A DNA stretch of 61,859 nucleotides, filler included, from Chiloscyllium plagiosum (Eukaryota), in assembly GCF_004010195.1 (NCBI RefSeq). It is 3 parts of one record of this genome, joined end to end, with 100 filler letters (N's around TTAATTAATTAA, not from the genome) between each part and the next. Parts side by side here need not be neighbours in the genome. Positions count along the whole stretch, not along the records: positions 1 to 19,313 come from NC_057717.1; 2 more parts are not named here. The stretch is one strand, 5' to 3'. Each line of letters opens with the position of its first letter. Positions within the stretch are counted from its first letter, which is position 1. Positions 1-12,873 of the stretch are shown here, in pieces. The position numbers and the translations under genes were made by a program. The notes below the pieces were generated by a model. That model was not told the DNA's origin. It made no database searches and worked only from the letters and a program-made list of their open reading frames with translations.

Positions 1-1600
1 GTCTGAGTGTTTGGTTGTGGTGGGAATGGATGTTTGTCGATTTTTTTTAGTTGTGCGTTACTGCTCAATTCAGTTGCTCTGTTCTGGACGGTGTTGAGCT
101 TTTCAGTTTTGTTCTAACTGCACTAAGGAATCCACAACAAGGTTGTGATTTAAATGTCTCTTGCAACTCAGATGCTGACTAATCTGCTGTGCTTCTCCTG
201 TGCATTGTTTCTTTAACACTGCAATCATCCAGGCGAACAGGAACTATCCCATCATGTCTCATTCTGTATTGTAAAGGAGCAAACAGTTGGTCGGGAAAGA
301 ACAAAAGAAAGAGAAGAACATTTGGTCAATGAGGTGAATATCGCTCTCGCTCGGAGAGTGAACAGCTGTTAATGGAGACTGCCGGTGACAAATCATAGAT
401 GGCGTGTAAACGCAGGCTATGTGATATACAGGCTTTAGGGAGTCAAGGAAATCTCTGACTATGTCCCGCTCTTGTGGCCACATTGCCAAATGGCTGCTAA
501 AGTTAGCTTCTCAACGACATTGTGACTTTCACTGCACGAAAAAATGTCTTTCGGCCCATCTTGCAAATGTCTGACATGAAGCAATGATCCATTCTCATCC
601 CGTGTTTTTCAGAACCTAGTCAGTATCCTAAAGCGCTGTGGTACTCCAAGTGATCAACGAAATATTTTCCTAATTCCGCCACCTCCAGTGAAATACTGTT
701 ACCAAACATATATTCCCCTCCCTGCCCTTTTCCACCTTCCCCAGGAACCATTCCTTCCGGGCACCATGGTGCACTGTGCCTTCTCACTCAACACCTCCCC
801 CAAAAGCCCCATGGAAGCTTTCCCTATAATCCTGGAATGTGTGAAACATACATTCATAGAACATGAGAACGAGGAGCGAGACTATGCCATGTGTGCCTTA
901 GAGACTGCTTCGCCATTTAATAATATCATGCCTGATCTTTTCATGGACATACATCCACTTAACCAACCTCTGAAGGACAAACAATCCTGAATCCATTCTC
1001 ATATTTTACCCTTAACATCATGTATTCGATTGCTGTCAGCCCCTGAACGGCACCATGTCGAGGGCATTTTGAATACCTAGGTACACTAATTCACTGGGTC
1101 CCGTTATGCACCATGCTCGTAATGCCATCATAGAATTCGAAAAGATTTTGAAGGCATGACCTGCCCTTCATTAAGCCATGCTACGTCTTTCTAATTTCTG
1201 TCGACATGCCCTACTATTTCTTCCTCAATAATAGACTCAAGAAATGTCTGCACTACAGAGGTTGGGGAATGGGTCTGGGTGGGTTGCGCTTCAGCGGTCG
1301 GTGTGGTAATGTTGGGCCGAAGGGCCTGCTTCGAAACTGTAACTAATCTGATCTAATTCCTCATATTCTGTCTGCCTCCCTTTTTAAACAGTGATGTCAT
1401 ATTTGTATTTTCCAGTCAGCTGGGATTGCCCCAGAGAACAGCGAATTTTTTAAAAATACCGCCAGCGCCCTTCTTTTTAACACACCATCGCGATTAATAC
1501 TCTGCGCTTCATTCCGTTAGGGCCTGGAGACATAACCATCCTTTGCTAAATTAGCTCCAACAAACCAAAACTAGCTCTTTTGTTATAATGACTGTTCCCA
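1..1600. repeat. Segmental duplicate copy A (paralog of 16051-18800), built from old LINE fragments
   Basis: 1-975 aligns by eye with 16051-16990, and 976-1600 with 18220-18800 (e.g. ctgctcaattcag.tgctctgttctggac, ctttgctaaattagctccaacaa). Confidence 0.9.
1262..1357 (+). mobile_element. 3' fragment of HE1-type elasmobranch SINE
   Basis: gggtctgggtgggttgcgcttc...gttgggccgaagggcctg...actgtaactaatct tail, matching the 3' end of the full SINE copies elsewhere in the window. Confidence 0.75.
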
Positions 1601-2267
1601 GGTCGTCACCAACCGTCATCACTTTGTCAATTGCTGGCAAGTTATTAATATCCTCCACTGTGAAGACTGATGCAAATGCCTGTTCAATGTCACGGCTATT
1701 TTCGCATATCCCATACGTAAATGCCCCTTCTTATCCACAAAAGTGTCAACGTTTACTTTTGCCACTCTTTTTCATTTTATATTTTAATAGAAACTTCTGC
1801 TATCGATCTTTACATTCTTTGCTAATTTTAATGCATGTTCTTTCTCACATTTTTTCTGCATTAAATTCCAATTGCCAACTCTCAGCCTAGCTCTGCAGCA
1901 TACCTGTGTCCCTATGTAACCTACAATATCCTTTGGCATTATGCACAACTGTACTGAACTTAGTGTCGTCCGCAAATTTACTCACCCATCCTTCTCCGCC
2001 CCCATCCAGGTCGTTTATAAAAAATGACAAAAAGCTGTGAACCCAAAACAGATCGTTACAGACCAAAAGCAACTGAATTCCAGGATGACGTTTTCCCATC
2101 AAGTATCACCCCCTCTCTTCTTTATATAAAGCACGAAATACCCCTCAAGTCCATACCTCAGTATTTTGTGCAGTCACCTACCATGGCAAAATTTATCAAA
2201 CGGCTAATTGAAATCCAACCGTGCATTACATGAACAGCTTTATCTTCACCTATCTGTTTAGTCACCT

Positions 2268-3132
2268 GGCGAGTTTTGACAAGATTTGTAGCTCAGCCTT
2301 AGCTTCCAGGTGAAGATTTGCTCGCTGCGCTGGAAGGATCATTTCCAGACGTTTCGTTACCCTCTTGGATAACATCTTCAGTGGGACTTCGGGCGACGTA
2401 CTGTTCATGATTTCTGCTTTCCATTTACATGTTTGGTGTTATTTGGGTTGGTCATGTCATTTCCTGTTGTGATTTCATTTCTTGTTCTTTTTCTCAGGGG
2501 GTTGTAGATGGGGTCTACCTCGATGTGGGTTTTGATAGATTTCCGGTTGGAATGCCATGCTTCTCGGAATTCTCGTCTCTGTCTCTGTTTCACTTGTGCT
2601 CGGATGGATGCGTTGTCCAAGTCAAGGTGGTGCCTTTCCTTATCTGTGTAGAAGGATACCAGTCAGAGAGGGTCACGTCGTTTTGTGGCTAGTTGATGTT
2701 CATATATCCTGGTGGCTCGTGTTCTGCCTATTTGTCCATATGCAAAACCTGACGACATTTACAAAATACAGTGCAAGAACGGCAACAAACACTCCATTAG
2801 ACAAGTACTATAGTGGACTGAGACAACATATCCATCCTAGGACAATCCAAACAGATACATGCAGAAGAATTCCTCAAAGCATGGCATTCCGACAAGAACT
2901 CTATCAACAAACACTTCGAGCTCGACGCCATCGACGACCCCCTGAGGAAAAAGAACAGGAATGACATCACAAACGGAAATGACATCATCAACCGAAAGAA
3001 ACCTAAATATATAAATAGAAAGCAGGAATCATGAACAGTGCTTCACCTGGAGACCCACTGAAATTGTTACCTAGCAGGGTGATGAAACGTCTGGAAATGA
3101 ACTTTCCAATTCAGTGAGCAAACCGACATCTA
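2268..3132. mobile_element. Penelope-like element 3' end, as two inverted halves
   Basis: The C-terminal peptide (REFREAWHS..SIK.HIEVDPIY / EEFLKAWHS..SINKHFELDAI) occurs on - at 2480-2620 and on + at 2850-2960. Degenerate TSD-like flanks gtttagtcacct / gtttaatgacct. Confidence 0.8.
2345..2384 (-). ncRNA. Minimal type I hammerhead ribozyme motif (Penelope-associated)
   Basis: Reverse complement reads CCA-CUGAAGA-UGUUAUC-CAAGAG-GGUAAC-GAAAC-GUC-UGG: intact core boxes, stem II, and a 3-bp stem I. Confidence 0.75.
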
Positions 3133-5392
3133 GTTTAATGACCTACTCAAAGAACTTAATAATGTTTGTGAGTCTCAACCTCCCCTTCACAAAACCGGCT
3201 TCACTTTCCCTCATAAACTTATTCGAATCGAGATAATGGCAAATCTTATCTCTTAGAAATTTTCCAACACTTTACCCACAACCGAAGGGTCAATGGTCTA
3301 TAATTTCCATGTTTTTCTCTACTTCCATTCTTGAATGAGGGAATAACTTTTACTATCTTGTAGTGTTCTGCTACTATACCTTTGGACAATGACAACAGAA
3401 AGATCAAAGTCAAAGGCTCGGAAATCAGATTCTTGGTTTTCCAGAGAATCCTAGGATAATTCCCATCCGGCCCACGGGAATATATATATTTTCACTTTTT
3501 CAGAGTTTGTAGCACCTCGTCTTTGGGAACTTCAATCCGATCTCGTCGAGTAGCCTGTTTCTCAGTATTGTCCTCGACAACATTTTGTTTTTCCAGAGCG
3601 AATTCTGACGAAAGATATTGCTTTTGCGCTTCCCCATCACTTCTGACTCCACACACTACTTACCAAGACTGTACTTCATTGGCCATATTTTATTCCATTC
3701 ATTCTTTTTGTCCTTACATTCCTATGGAAAGCTTTAGGATTTTCCCTTATCCTATCTGCTGACAAATTCGCAGCTCCCCTCCTGGCTCATCTTCAGTCTA
3801 TCCTCAGGTCTTTCCTGTTTAACTTGCAACTCTCAGTGGCCCTAACTGAGCCTTCACATCTCATGCCTTCTTCATCTTAACAAGAGATTCAACTTCCTTA
3901 GTAATCATGAGTCCTTCGCTTGACAATTTCCTCCCTCTCTGACAGGTACATAGTTATCAAAGACACACAGAACCTGCTCCTTGAATAAGCTCGACATTTC
4001 TATTTTGCCCATTCCCTGCCGTTTCCTTGCCCAACCTGTGCATGCGTAATCTACTCTAATGGTATTGCAATTTTCTTACCGCCAGCAGTAATGCTTGCCC
4101 TGCGGTGTATACCTATCCCTTTGAGAAGCTCAAGTAAGTATAACTGCATTTTGGTAACTATCACCAAAGTGCTCACCTACCGCCAAATCTAACACCTTGC
4201 CGTGTTCATTACCCAGTATCAAATCTAATTTGGCCTCTCCCCTTGTTGGTCTGTTCCATTGCACAGTATTTAAGGAATCTATCACCGATACTCAATACTC
4301 TCCTCGTCAAGGCTACCCTGACTGAGCTGCTTCGACCGATTGACATGTTGATTAAAATCCCGCTTGATAATTGCCATACCATTTTTTCAGGTGTTATTTA
4401 TGCCTTTGTTTACTGCCCTCCCCAATGTGATCTTAAAATATGGAGGCGGTAGACTCCGACAAGCAGTGACATTTTCTTCTCAGAACTTCTAATTTCCTCT
4501 CAAATTGATTCAAACTTATTCTTCATCGAACGTACATCAACTGTCAGCATCGGTCTGAGTTTGTCCTTGAACGTTTGAGTTACACCACCTTTCTTACCAT
4601 CCTTTCTTTCCTTCCAAATTGTCTCCTGTCCGTGAATATTTACCTCACAGTCTTTACTATGCTGTCTCCATGCGTCTGCAATGTCTACTAAATTGTATTC
4701 GTTCGTGATAATTTATACGGTTATATCTCCAACCTTCTTCAGAAATTTACGAGCATTCAGGTATAGTGCCTTTATGGTCGCTTTCTTACCCATTGATGAA
4801 CAACATCTCTAATAATATCTTCTAAGCTATCCTTTCTTCTTGCTTCCTGCTTCTCCTCACTTGTCCATTTCTGACCTCCCTGCTTAGTACACAAGTGCTC
4901 AAATGCACCTTCCATGTGAAGAAACACTTTCCCTACACTTTGCACAATCCAGTCTAATAGATTCACCGCTCTTATTGTGGTCGCCACTACCTTGGGAAAT
5001 GGAGTGTGGACTGAATGACCGTTTTGCAGAATACCAAGTTCTATCGCCAAAAATGTCCCTGAGCTTCAAGTTGACTGCTCCTTTCGCACAGAACCATGTT
5101 TCCTAGCCAAAGACTCTATCTCAGGCCTACTGTAGTGTTCCACCATAGCTGAGCGCATGCTGTAAAAGCAACAGACGATATTCTGCTTGAGGACCCCGCA
5201 ACCCTCCATATCAATTTCAGTCATTTTAGAGGCCTGAAGTCTCCCATGTCCTGGCCCCCGACACACCCCCAGGCCTAGTTATAGCAAAGCAGTCATTATA
5301 CACTACCTATGGTTAGTCATAAACAGCCTCCATGAACAGTTGTTAATGCTCCAAACAAATCATTATCAATTCCTATGTCCAACTGTTAGTTT

Positions 5393-5883
5393 NNNNNNNN
5401 NNNNNNNNNNNNNNNNNNNNNNNNNNNNNNNNNNNNNNNNNNNNNNNNNNNNNNNNNNNNNNNNNNNNNNNNNNNNNNNNNNNNNNNNNNNNNNNNNNNN
5501 NNNNNNNNNNNNNNNNNNNNNNNNNNNNNNNNNNNNNNNNNNNNNNNNNNNNNNNNNNNNNNNNNNNNNNNNNNNNNNNNNNNNNNNNNNNNNNNNNNNN
5601 NNNNNNNNNNNNNNNNNNNNNNNNNNNNNNNNNNNNNNNNNNNNNNNNNNNNNNNNNNNNNNNNNNNNNNNNNNNNNNNNNNNNNNNNNNNNNNNNNNNN
5701 NNNNNNNNNNNNNNNNNNNNNNNNNNNNNNNNNNNNNNNNNNNNNNNNNNNNNNNNNNNNNNNNNNNNNNNNNNNNNNNNNNNNNNNNNNNNNNNNNNNN
5801 NNNNNNNNNNNNNNNNNNNNNNNNNNNNNNNNNNNNNNNNNNNNNNNNNNNNNNNNNNNNNNNNNNNNNNNNNNNNNNNNNNN
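5393..5883. other. Assembly gap
   Basis: N run. Confidence 0.99.
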
Positions 5884-6293
5884 TCCAGTGTGACAGTACA
5901 GTTGTGTCAGCAAATGGGATAACTGAGTGAATCACTTTATTTGTTCAGCTAGTGAACATTCCTCTTGTGGTAAGATATGGGGCAGAATGCAGGAAGAGGG
6001 ATGGAAAGGTTCTGAAGAAGTTTGACATAGGGACTGAGGAATTATTGGTGGTTCTGTCCGGCTTGAAGTGTAATAACCTGTGTAATATTCCCGCTTCCGG
6101 ACGCACTTGTGTTCCTTATGGTTCCTCTCTGTGACAAGGGATGAAATTACAGGTGTTCTGAGCAATGTTTAACTTTCCTCTTTGGGTTTGTAGTGGACTG
6201 GACTAATGCAAGGTTGGAAGAGATAAACCAGAGAATCACACAGCAGTGAGTCTCACATCAATTAAAGGGAACCTTTTGGAGCAAACCCTGAAG

Positions 6294-6793
6294 NNNNNNN
6301 NNNNNNNNNNNNNNNNNNNNNNNNNNNNNNNNNNNNNNNNNNNNNNNNNNNNNNNNNNNNNNNNNNNNNNNNNNNNNNNNNNNNNNNNNNNNNNNNNNNN
6401 NNNNNNNNNNNNNNNNNNNNNNNNNNNNNNNNNNNNNNNNNNNNNNNNNNNNNNNNNNNNNNNNNNNNNNNNNNNNNNNNNNNNNNNNNNNNNNNNNNNN
6501 NNNNNNNNNNNNNNNNNNNNNNNNNNNNNNNNNNNNNNNNNNNNNNNNNNNNNNNNNNNNNNNNNNNNNNNNNNNNNNNNNNNNNNNNNNNNNNNNNNNN
6601 NNNNNNNNNNNNNNNNNNNNNNNNNNNNNNNNNNNNNNNNNNNNNNNNNNNNNNNNNNNNNNNNNNNNNNNNNNNNNNNNNNNNNNNNNNNNNNNNNNNN
6701 NNNNNNNNNNNNNNNNNNNNNNNNNNNNNNNNNNNNNNNNNNNNNNNNNNNNNNNNNNNNNNNNNNNNNNNNNNNNNNNNNNNNNNNNNNNNN
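6294..6793. other. Assembly gap (500 N)
   Basis: N run. Confidence 0.99.
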
Positions 6794-8406
6794 CAGTTGA
6801 AAATGACACCAATAATATTGTGATAGAATCTGCATTAAGTCCAATGGCCCGGATATTCTGACTGTGATTGCTAGTCCAATCACTTTATGTTTTAAAGTGT
6901 TATTGCAGGTCGTGCTGTTATAATATTCTGCTTAAATGTCAACACAAGATTGCAGTACCGATTGACGAATTGGGGATGTTGCTTCTACAGCACAACGTTT
7001 TGAACTGTGTGTCTTAACTGTCACACGATTACAACGTCAACCCTTTAAGTGGTTTCGAAAGAGCAATTTTTCTATCCCGCATGATTGCACAGGAACGCAA
7101 CCATCGTGACTGTACTGAGCTCCAAACGTCCAGCTGGAACATGGATTCCAGTCCCTTCAAAAATACAAAGTACAATTGAAATGAACACATTTTTCTTTAA
7201 CTCAGGTGTATTGGGAAAAGGCAAACCATGTCCGTGTCTGTGATTTAAACACTCAGATCCACAGCCAAACCCTAACAGCTGCTATGAAAAAATGCGCATC
7301 TAGGTAATTGTGGGGTCAGGTGACAGTTTGTTCAGGCGTGAGAGTATCATAAAAGTGGTTATGGGAGGCTGGAGTTGAGCGTTGTTAGTGATGTGCCGTG
7401 GTGGCTTGGGGTTTTGGGCGAGTGGGAAGGATTAAAAAGGAAGGGTTAGCAGAGCGAGATGTTGGGCATGTGTCGAGGGCTGCACCTGGTCAAAGTGACT
7501 ATTTAAATGTTGTTGGGTTGGAGCATTTTTTGTCTCGCATTTCCTGAACAATTAGTAACTTTCCAACTGGAACCCTCCAAATGCTCCAAATTTAGTGGAT
7601 TCTTTCGGAGGATCTCTCCATGAGAATCTTCATGTCCCCAGTTGATTACCACAGAGTCTATGTCCAGGTTTTTGCAGGGGCCTGGCATGCATTCCAGCCT
7701 GTGATTCTCCAACAAATACCTGACCACTAGAATGGGTCCTTTCTGACTGAATTAATGCAGAGAAATATTTAAACTTTTCAGTGTAATTCTTTGCTTTCAC
7801 AACCTACTAGAATCTGCTGTAAATAATACTCTCCATTAGATGTTCAGCTGTATATCAAGTATTAGATATTCGACCCTTTTGAATGGCTGGGTCTAACTCA
7901 GTGGAATAGTTCCTGTCCTGAACACACGCAGTTTCAATTCCCAAGCAAAGTCACTGGGCACAGGTGTCACATCGGTTCCCTTAAACTGGCTGTCCAAGCT
8001 CTGTGTGTTATTGTCACCGTCCCCTGTGCAGCCCATAGTAAGGCCCACAGTGACTCATTCCTGGTCGTGCCTTTCTCATTGGGGAACACTGAGACCTGGA
8101 GATTCTATAGAGGCTGCGCTGTGGTGTCTGACCCCTGAGTCTCATCACCATGCGGCTGGGTCTTTGCCCTCACAATGGGAGATAAGCCTCTCTCAGCTCG
8201 AGCTAGAGATTCAACAACAGCCAATAGCATTTCCCCCTGGAGCACGGCCGCTGAAACGGGAAGGAAAGGAACTCAGAGAAAGCTGCTCAAATAGAGAGAG
8301 CACGGGGGAGAGAAACTGAAGTTCTCACGTATCCAAAATCAGGTTCGGTTGCAATGACGACAGCTATCTTTTCCCATTTGAACTGAACTGATTGTACTGT
8401 AATCTG

Positions 8407-8490
8407 AAATATGAAAATTAAATCGTGTAAAATACTAACTGTCAATAAAAATATGAAAATTAAATCGTGTAAAATACTAACTGTCAATAA
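8407..8490. repeat. Perfect 42-bp tandem duplication
   Basis: aaatatgaaaattaaatcgtgtaaaatactaactgtcaataa x2. Confidence 0.95.
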
Positions 8491-8849
8491 GGGAGAAACT
8501 GGAGTTTATATTCCAAAATCAATGTGTTAAGCGTAAATTCTAATGAATCCTAATCATAATTTACTTATTATATTGCAAATTAACAGATACTCCCAATCTG
8601 CTGTAGACTCTAACTCTGTCTGAGTTCCATCTGCTTTCGTCAGAAATGAAAAATGCAGCAATTAAAAGGATTTTTTGACAAAGAACAAAGAGGGGAACCG
8701 GAGGGAATGAAAACAAAATGGAATTGCAGGAATGATGAGATAACAAAATTGTAAGGCTGCAAAACAGAACCTCTGCATCCCAACTTTCTTACCAAAAGTT
8801 GCTTGGAAGCACAAAGTAATCGGTCGGGAATGGAGCTTGTGCTGGACTT

Positions 8850-9400
8850 GATCATAAGGGCCAAAATATTACTGGAAACTATGAAATACTGGGACCAGGA
8901 TTGGGATCAGGAGGTGTGGCCACGTTGGTAGGATAGGAAAGGTCGTGAATCCAATATTGTCAGATCTGGTCAATTAACGGTCGGTCAGCAGGGGGTGCGT
9001 CGTTCAATCAATGTGGGCAGAGGATGTTCCAGTTCAGAGAATTCTGCAATCAGATTTAAAGGTTGTTACCTATACTTTCAAACAACAGCTCTGGAGAGAT
9101 ATTGGGTACGAACAAACATTTACCATCAATTAGATTCAGGTTGCTCCCTGATTCATTAATGTTCCTCCAGGCTACTTGGGCACAGGAACAGTCGCTGTTC
9201 CATCAAGGCTTGAGAGGATCAATAAGTCAATGTGGGCAAGTTCAGAGAGAGATTGCTGAAGCGGTGAGTACGTATGGGGAACCTGGTTGAGTTAACAAAA
9301 AGGGATCAGCGAACAGGCATTTTCTGGAAGGGTTACAAAGTTAAACTGAAGAACTTACATGTGGTCAGAGATGAAAGTGAAATTGAAAGTAAAACACATC
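8850..9400 (-). pseudogene. Possible env-like remnant of the ERV
   Basis: Broken frames with N-glycosylation sequons (NST, NLS, NES, NIS), LIDGKCLFVPNIS resembling the env TM CC-xFIPN region, and a hydrophobic stretch WPHLLIPILVPVF. Weak similarity only. Confidence 0.35.
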
Positions 9401-10089
9401 ACATCCAGCCATTGGCAAATCCATGGCAGCAGACTCTCCTTCCAAAAGGTCAGGGGAAGTTGGACCCAGTGTGCCCTGACAGGGTAGATCAGCTGCTGAC
9501 TGCAGTAACTTGATTATGGGGAGTGGTGGGGTTTCGGGGGAGTGAGTGTTGGGGGCCTCACAGGCACTTCCTGTGACCAAGAGCAGCTCCTCATCCCCTC
9601 TGAAAATTACACCAGAATCCGCGCAGAAAGCTCTCAGGTTGTCGGCACCTCTCGTCTTCAGGCAATTAGAGAGCCATAATGATGAAAACCAATGGAGAAA
9701 GCAGATAGCAGCTTGACATCACTTCAGCTGTCAGTGCAGAGGTACAACATCACAGCACACGCATTTGTTAAGAAGGTCACCTTGAAGTCCTTAGATTTCA
9801 CAAGAATCTACTTTGTTATTACATGTCACCGTGGTGTGTCAGCATTTTCAATTGATTCTGGTGGGATGCATGACAAGTCAATACCGTCAATTCTGCACCC
9901 CACTGGGAGTAGGGAGTCAGTGAACTGTTTACAGAAAAGGGCCATCGGCTACAGGGCAATGAGCTGTCGAGAAGAGCACACCTAGTTGGTTTGGTGCATT
10001 ACCAAGTGTAGCAAAGCTTACCTGGTCAGATGGTTCAGGGCTGTGTGAAATTCCTGCCCGCAGCATGGAATTATGGACGTCCGGGTTCT

Positions 10090-10400
10090 CTAACGTGAGA
10101 CACTCAGAGGAACAGTGGATACTAGCATTCAATTTACACAAGGTCTGCCGGGACAGGAGGGCGAATGGATAAGAGTCTGAAATAGTGGCAGCATCAGTCG
10201 CAGTGGCAGGTCCAATACTGAAGTTAATGGGTTAGGAGAGTGGATCGTTATGGGTACTGCTGAAAACCCTACAGTGCAGAGGGTCTTGTAATTCAGATAA
10301 TTTTTCGAGTCGGGAGCCTCGGACGATTGGACAGATCCAGAATCCACCACAAAAGAAATGATCCGCTCCCCAACACCTCCACATCCAACATCGAATTTCA
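10090..10400 (-). pseudogene. pro: Retroviral aspartic protease (pro) remnant
   Basis: ISFVVDSGS active-site motif at ~10335-10360, TVGFSAVP flap-like segment, and SPSCP(..)GR/LCKLNASIHC matching the retropepsin PxNLLGRDLLxKL motif with a small deletion. Confidence 0.8.
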
Positions 10401-10449
10401 GACGGGGCGTTTGAGAGACGTATTGAGATCGCCTGTGAATCCTCCCTCT

Positions 10450-12304
10450 CACGATAGCCCTAGTTAGTTTCTGAAGCACGGGGCAAGGGATCAGCCACAG
10501 TGTAGGCAGTCTGTTGAAGCTGCCTCTGTGTTGTGGTGGATTGCTGACGTGTCTGCGGAGAGGGGGAGGGTAGATAGTCCTGGGCAACATTGCCTGGACC
10601 AGCACTGTCTCACGCAGTGTTCCAATTTCCCACTGTTCCAGCACTGCCTTCTTTGAATTGCCCTAGTTTGCTGTACTGGCCTGGTGGCGTCCCTGTGGTT
10701 GTCGGGTTGCACAAGCAAGTCGAATGCCCCCGTCCGTTTTGGCGTAGTGAACTACTAAGTGCACATTACTACAAATTACGAAGTGCAATTAAAGAGTCCG
10801 TCCAGCTCGTCGTTTGATTGTGGAACGTGAAAACGTGAGCATTCGTAATGTCTGCACGGGCAACCGTCCGTCCTCTGATAATGGAATGCCTGCCGTGGAG
10901 TTCCAGACCTCCCGAAAGCGGACAATGACATTGAGCAAGTGCTTGGAGGCTCTGCAGACACTGGATAACTGCCCAAAATCGGTGTGCAGTCTTGCACTGG
11001 ACTTTATTGAATCCTTCATGGTGCTGTCCAGTCATTTTTATCCAGTCTGCAGCGGTGTCCCAGGGGTGGATGGGGGTGTCAATAACAGGGCTAATGGTCA
11101 CACAGTGGGCCATATGCACTAGCTGCAATATGGTCGGCACATCTTGGGGCAGACAGTTGTATATACAGGAAATTTCGAGGACCCAATTGTAGAACGGGAG
11201 CAGTCACTTCAACGGGTCTGGTTCATCTTGGTGCATGGCCCAGACCTCTGCGCGGATCCAGGTGTTATAGGAGGGAGTAGACACAATCATGATGCGGGGA
11301 TCCTGGCAGTTGGTGCCCTGGTATTTTAGGGAAGCACTCGCGCTACACGTGAGTCTGCAGTTATCATTTGTGTTGGGCAGCAGTGGTGATTCATACTGCC
11401 CGGCAGCTAATGTGCACCTCGCGGGCTTGGTGTGAAATGTCCGGTAGAAAAAAATGCAGCCACTTCATTCAGGCCCAACGGGTGTGGCTCTGCAGACTGT
11501 ATGGGAAATGTCGGGTACTGTGCGGTATAGGGCGATGCGGCCGTGTCTGCAGTTGATGAGGTCTCACTGTCGTTTTTGATTGCAGCAGTCTTTCGTCTTC
11601 GCGGCCTGATACTGCTGGGTAACCTGTCGAAACTTTGCAAGACACTGCAGCATGTATACCGTGTCCCAGGAGGAGTCAACGTGCCCTCCCGTAATGGCCG
11701 TGGTCCAGTAATCAAGCTTATCGAATTTAAAGGACCTCCCATATGCCCAATTTCCTTGTGGCTATGTGGGAAAGTCTCCTGCAAAGTGGGTAAAGCAACT
11801 GCCGTCCCCTGTCTCTTTTAGAACAGTGTCTGTCAGTGAACAAGGTGTAACAAGCGAATCTCCGATTTTTATTTTGAAGTTCACATATTTACACGGCGGC
11901 GTGGTCAGAACTGCTGCCTCACAGCGCCACTGTCCCAGGTTCGATTTCAGCCTTGGGCGACTGTCTGTGTACAGTTTGCACCATGTCTGCGTGGGACTCC
12001 TCCGTCTGCTCCAGTTTCCTCCCACAATCATAAAGATGTGCAAGTCAGGTGAAATGGCCGTGCTAAATTTCTCATAGTGTTAGGTGCATTAGTGGGAGAG
12101 AAATGGGTCTGCGTGGGTTACTCTTCCGAGGGTCGGTGTGGACTGGTTGGGCCGACGGGCCTGTTTCTACACCGTAGGGAACCTAATCTCACATGCCTCC
12201 ACAATAATGTTTTGTTCAACTTCGGTCCTGGGCCGTTCTCACCACGTGGGTTGGCGTTGCCCAACTAGCACATCCCAGCAGTGAGTGGATTTCCCTGCCC
12301 CCAT
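10450..12304 (-). pseudogene. gag: Retroviral gag remnant (frameshifted, SINE-interrupted)
   Basis: ATG at 12304 encodes MGAGKS (MGxxxS myristoylation signal). Capsid-like PDPLK...FYNWVLEISCIYNCLPQDVPTILQLV at ~11120-11230. Degenerate zinc knuckle CWNSGKLEHCVRQC at 10602-10643. Confidence 0.75.
11893..12190 (+). mobile_element. HE1-type SINE inserted in the ERV gag
   Basis: tRNA-like head gtggtcagaactgctgcctcacagcgcc...ggttcgatt and CR1-like tail. Confidence 0.85.
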
Positions 12305-12873
12305 GGCGTAGTGGACGTCCTGCATTGACTATAAGCACTGCATTTCGGCTTTCGAGGAAAGAGAGACGGAGCACTCACAGAACACACAAGCAGTGAGTGA
12401 TTGACAGATCAAGCAATAAAGGATTACTGAGCGTATAATCACTGACCGCACTGTAAACAAACACTTGTCTGTTGGATAAACACACTTAGATGAGACACCT
12501 GAAACTGACAAGATATGCAGTCAGCAACCGCAAACAAACAGACACATCCACAGCAAATACTCAGAAACCACAAGACATAAAAAGTGAACTGGTGGAGCCC
12601 TTGTCAATTTCCTTCCACCTGAGGAATCTCTTTGGATTGATTCTAAAAATTTAATCAGCAGTCTCTCATTCTATTTTGCCAGGCTTCCCTTGCGCATTCG
12701 GCTTTCCCCCGGCTGGATCTGGATCACGGCACAAGCCCTGGCCGTGAATGATACAATCAAGATCCAATCAAGTATTCAGCAGCATCAATCAGTTCTAGAA
12801 TGGAATCGGGGGTTCCAGCTCTCTTCGTGGGTATGTGAAAATGCCCCTTTCCTTTACAGTAAGTTGCTACCAT

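Larger units (their letters stand above)
1880..4775 (-). mobile_element. Degenerate CR1 LINE ORF2 (endonuclease to RT), interrupted by a Penelope insertion
   Basis: Minus-strand translation gives the endonuclease start ALYLNAR near 4770 and the RT motif FFINDLD...WVSKFADDTK near 1960-2020. Confidence 0.85.

Noticed and set aside
5340..6883. Long ORFs in the six-frame track (also 36491-37242 and 52087-52750)
   Set aside because: Their length comes from N gaps translated as X. Only the pre-gap start of 36491 is real (GPCR TM6-7).
7960..8380. Possible 3' LTR of the ERV
   Set aside because: No visible similarity to the candidate 5' LTR at 12874-13201, and PPT orientation is ambiguous.
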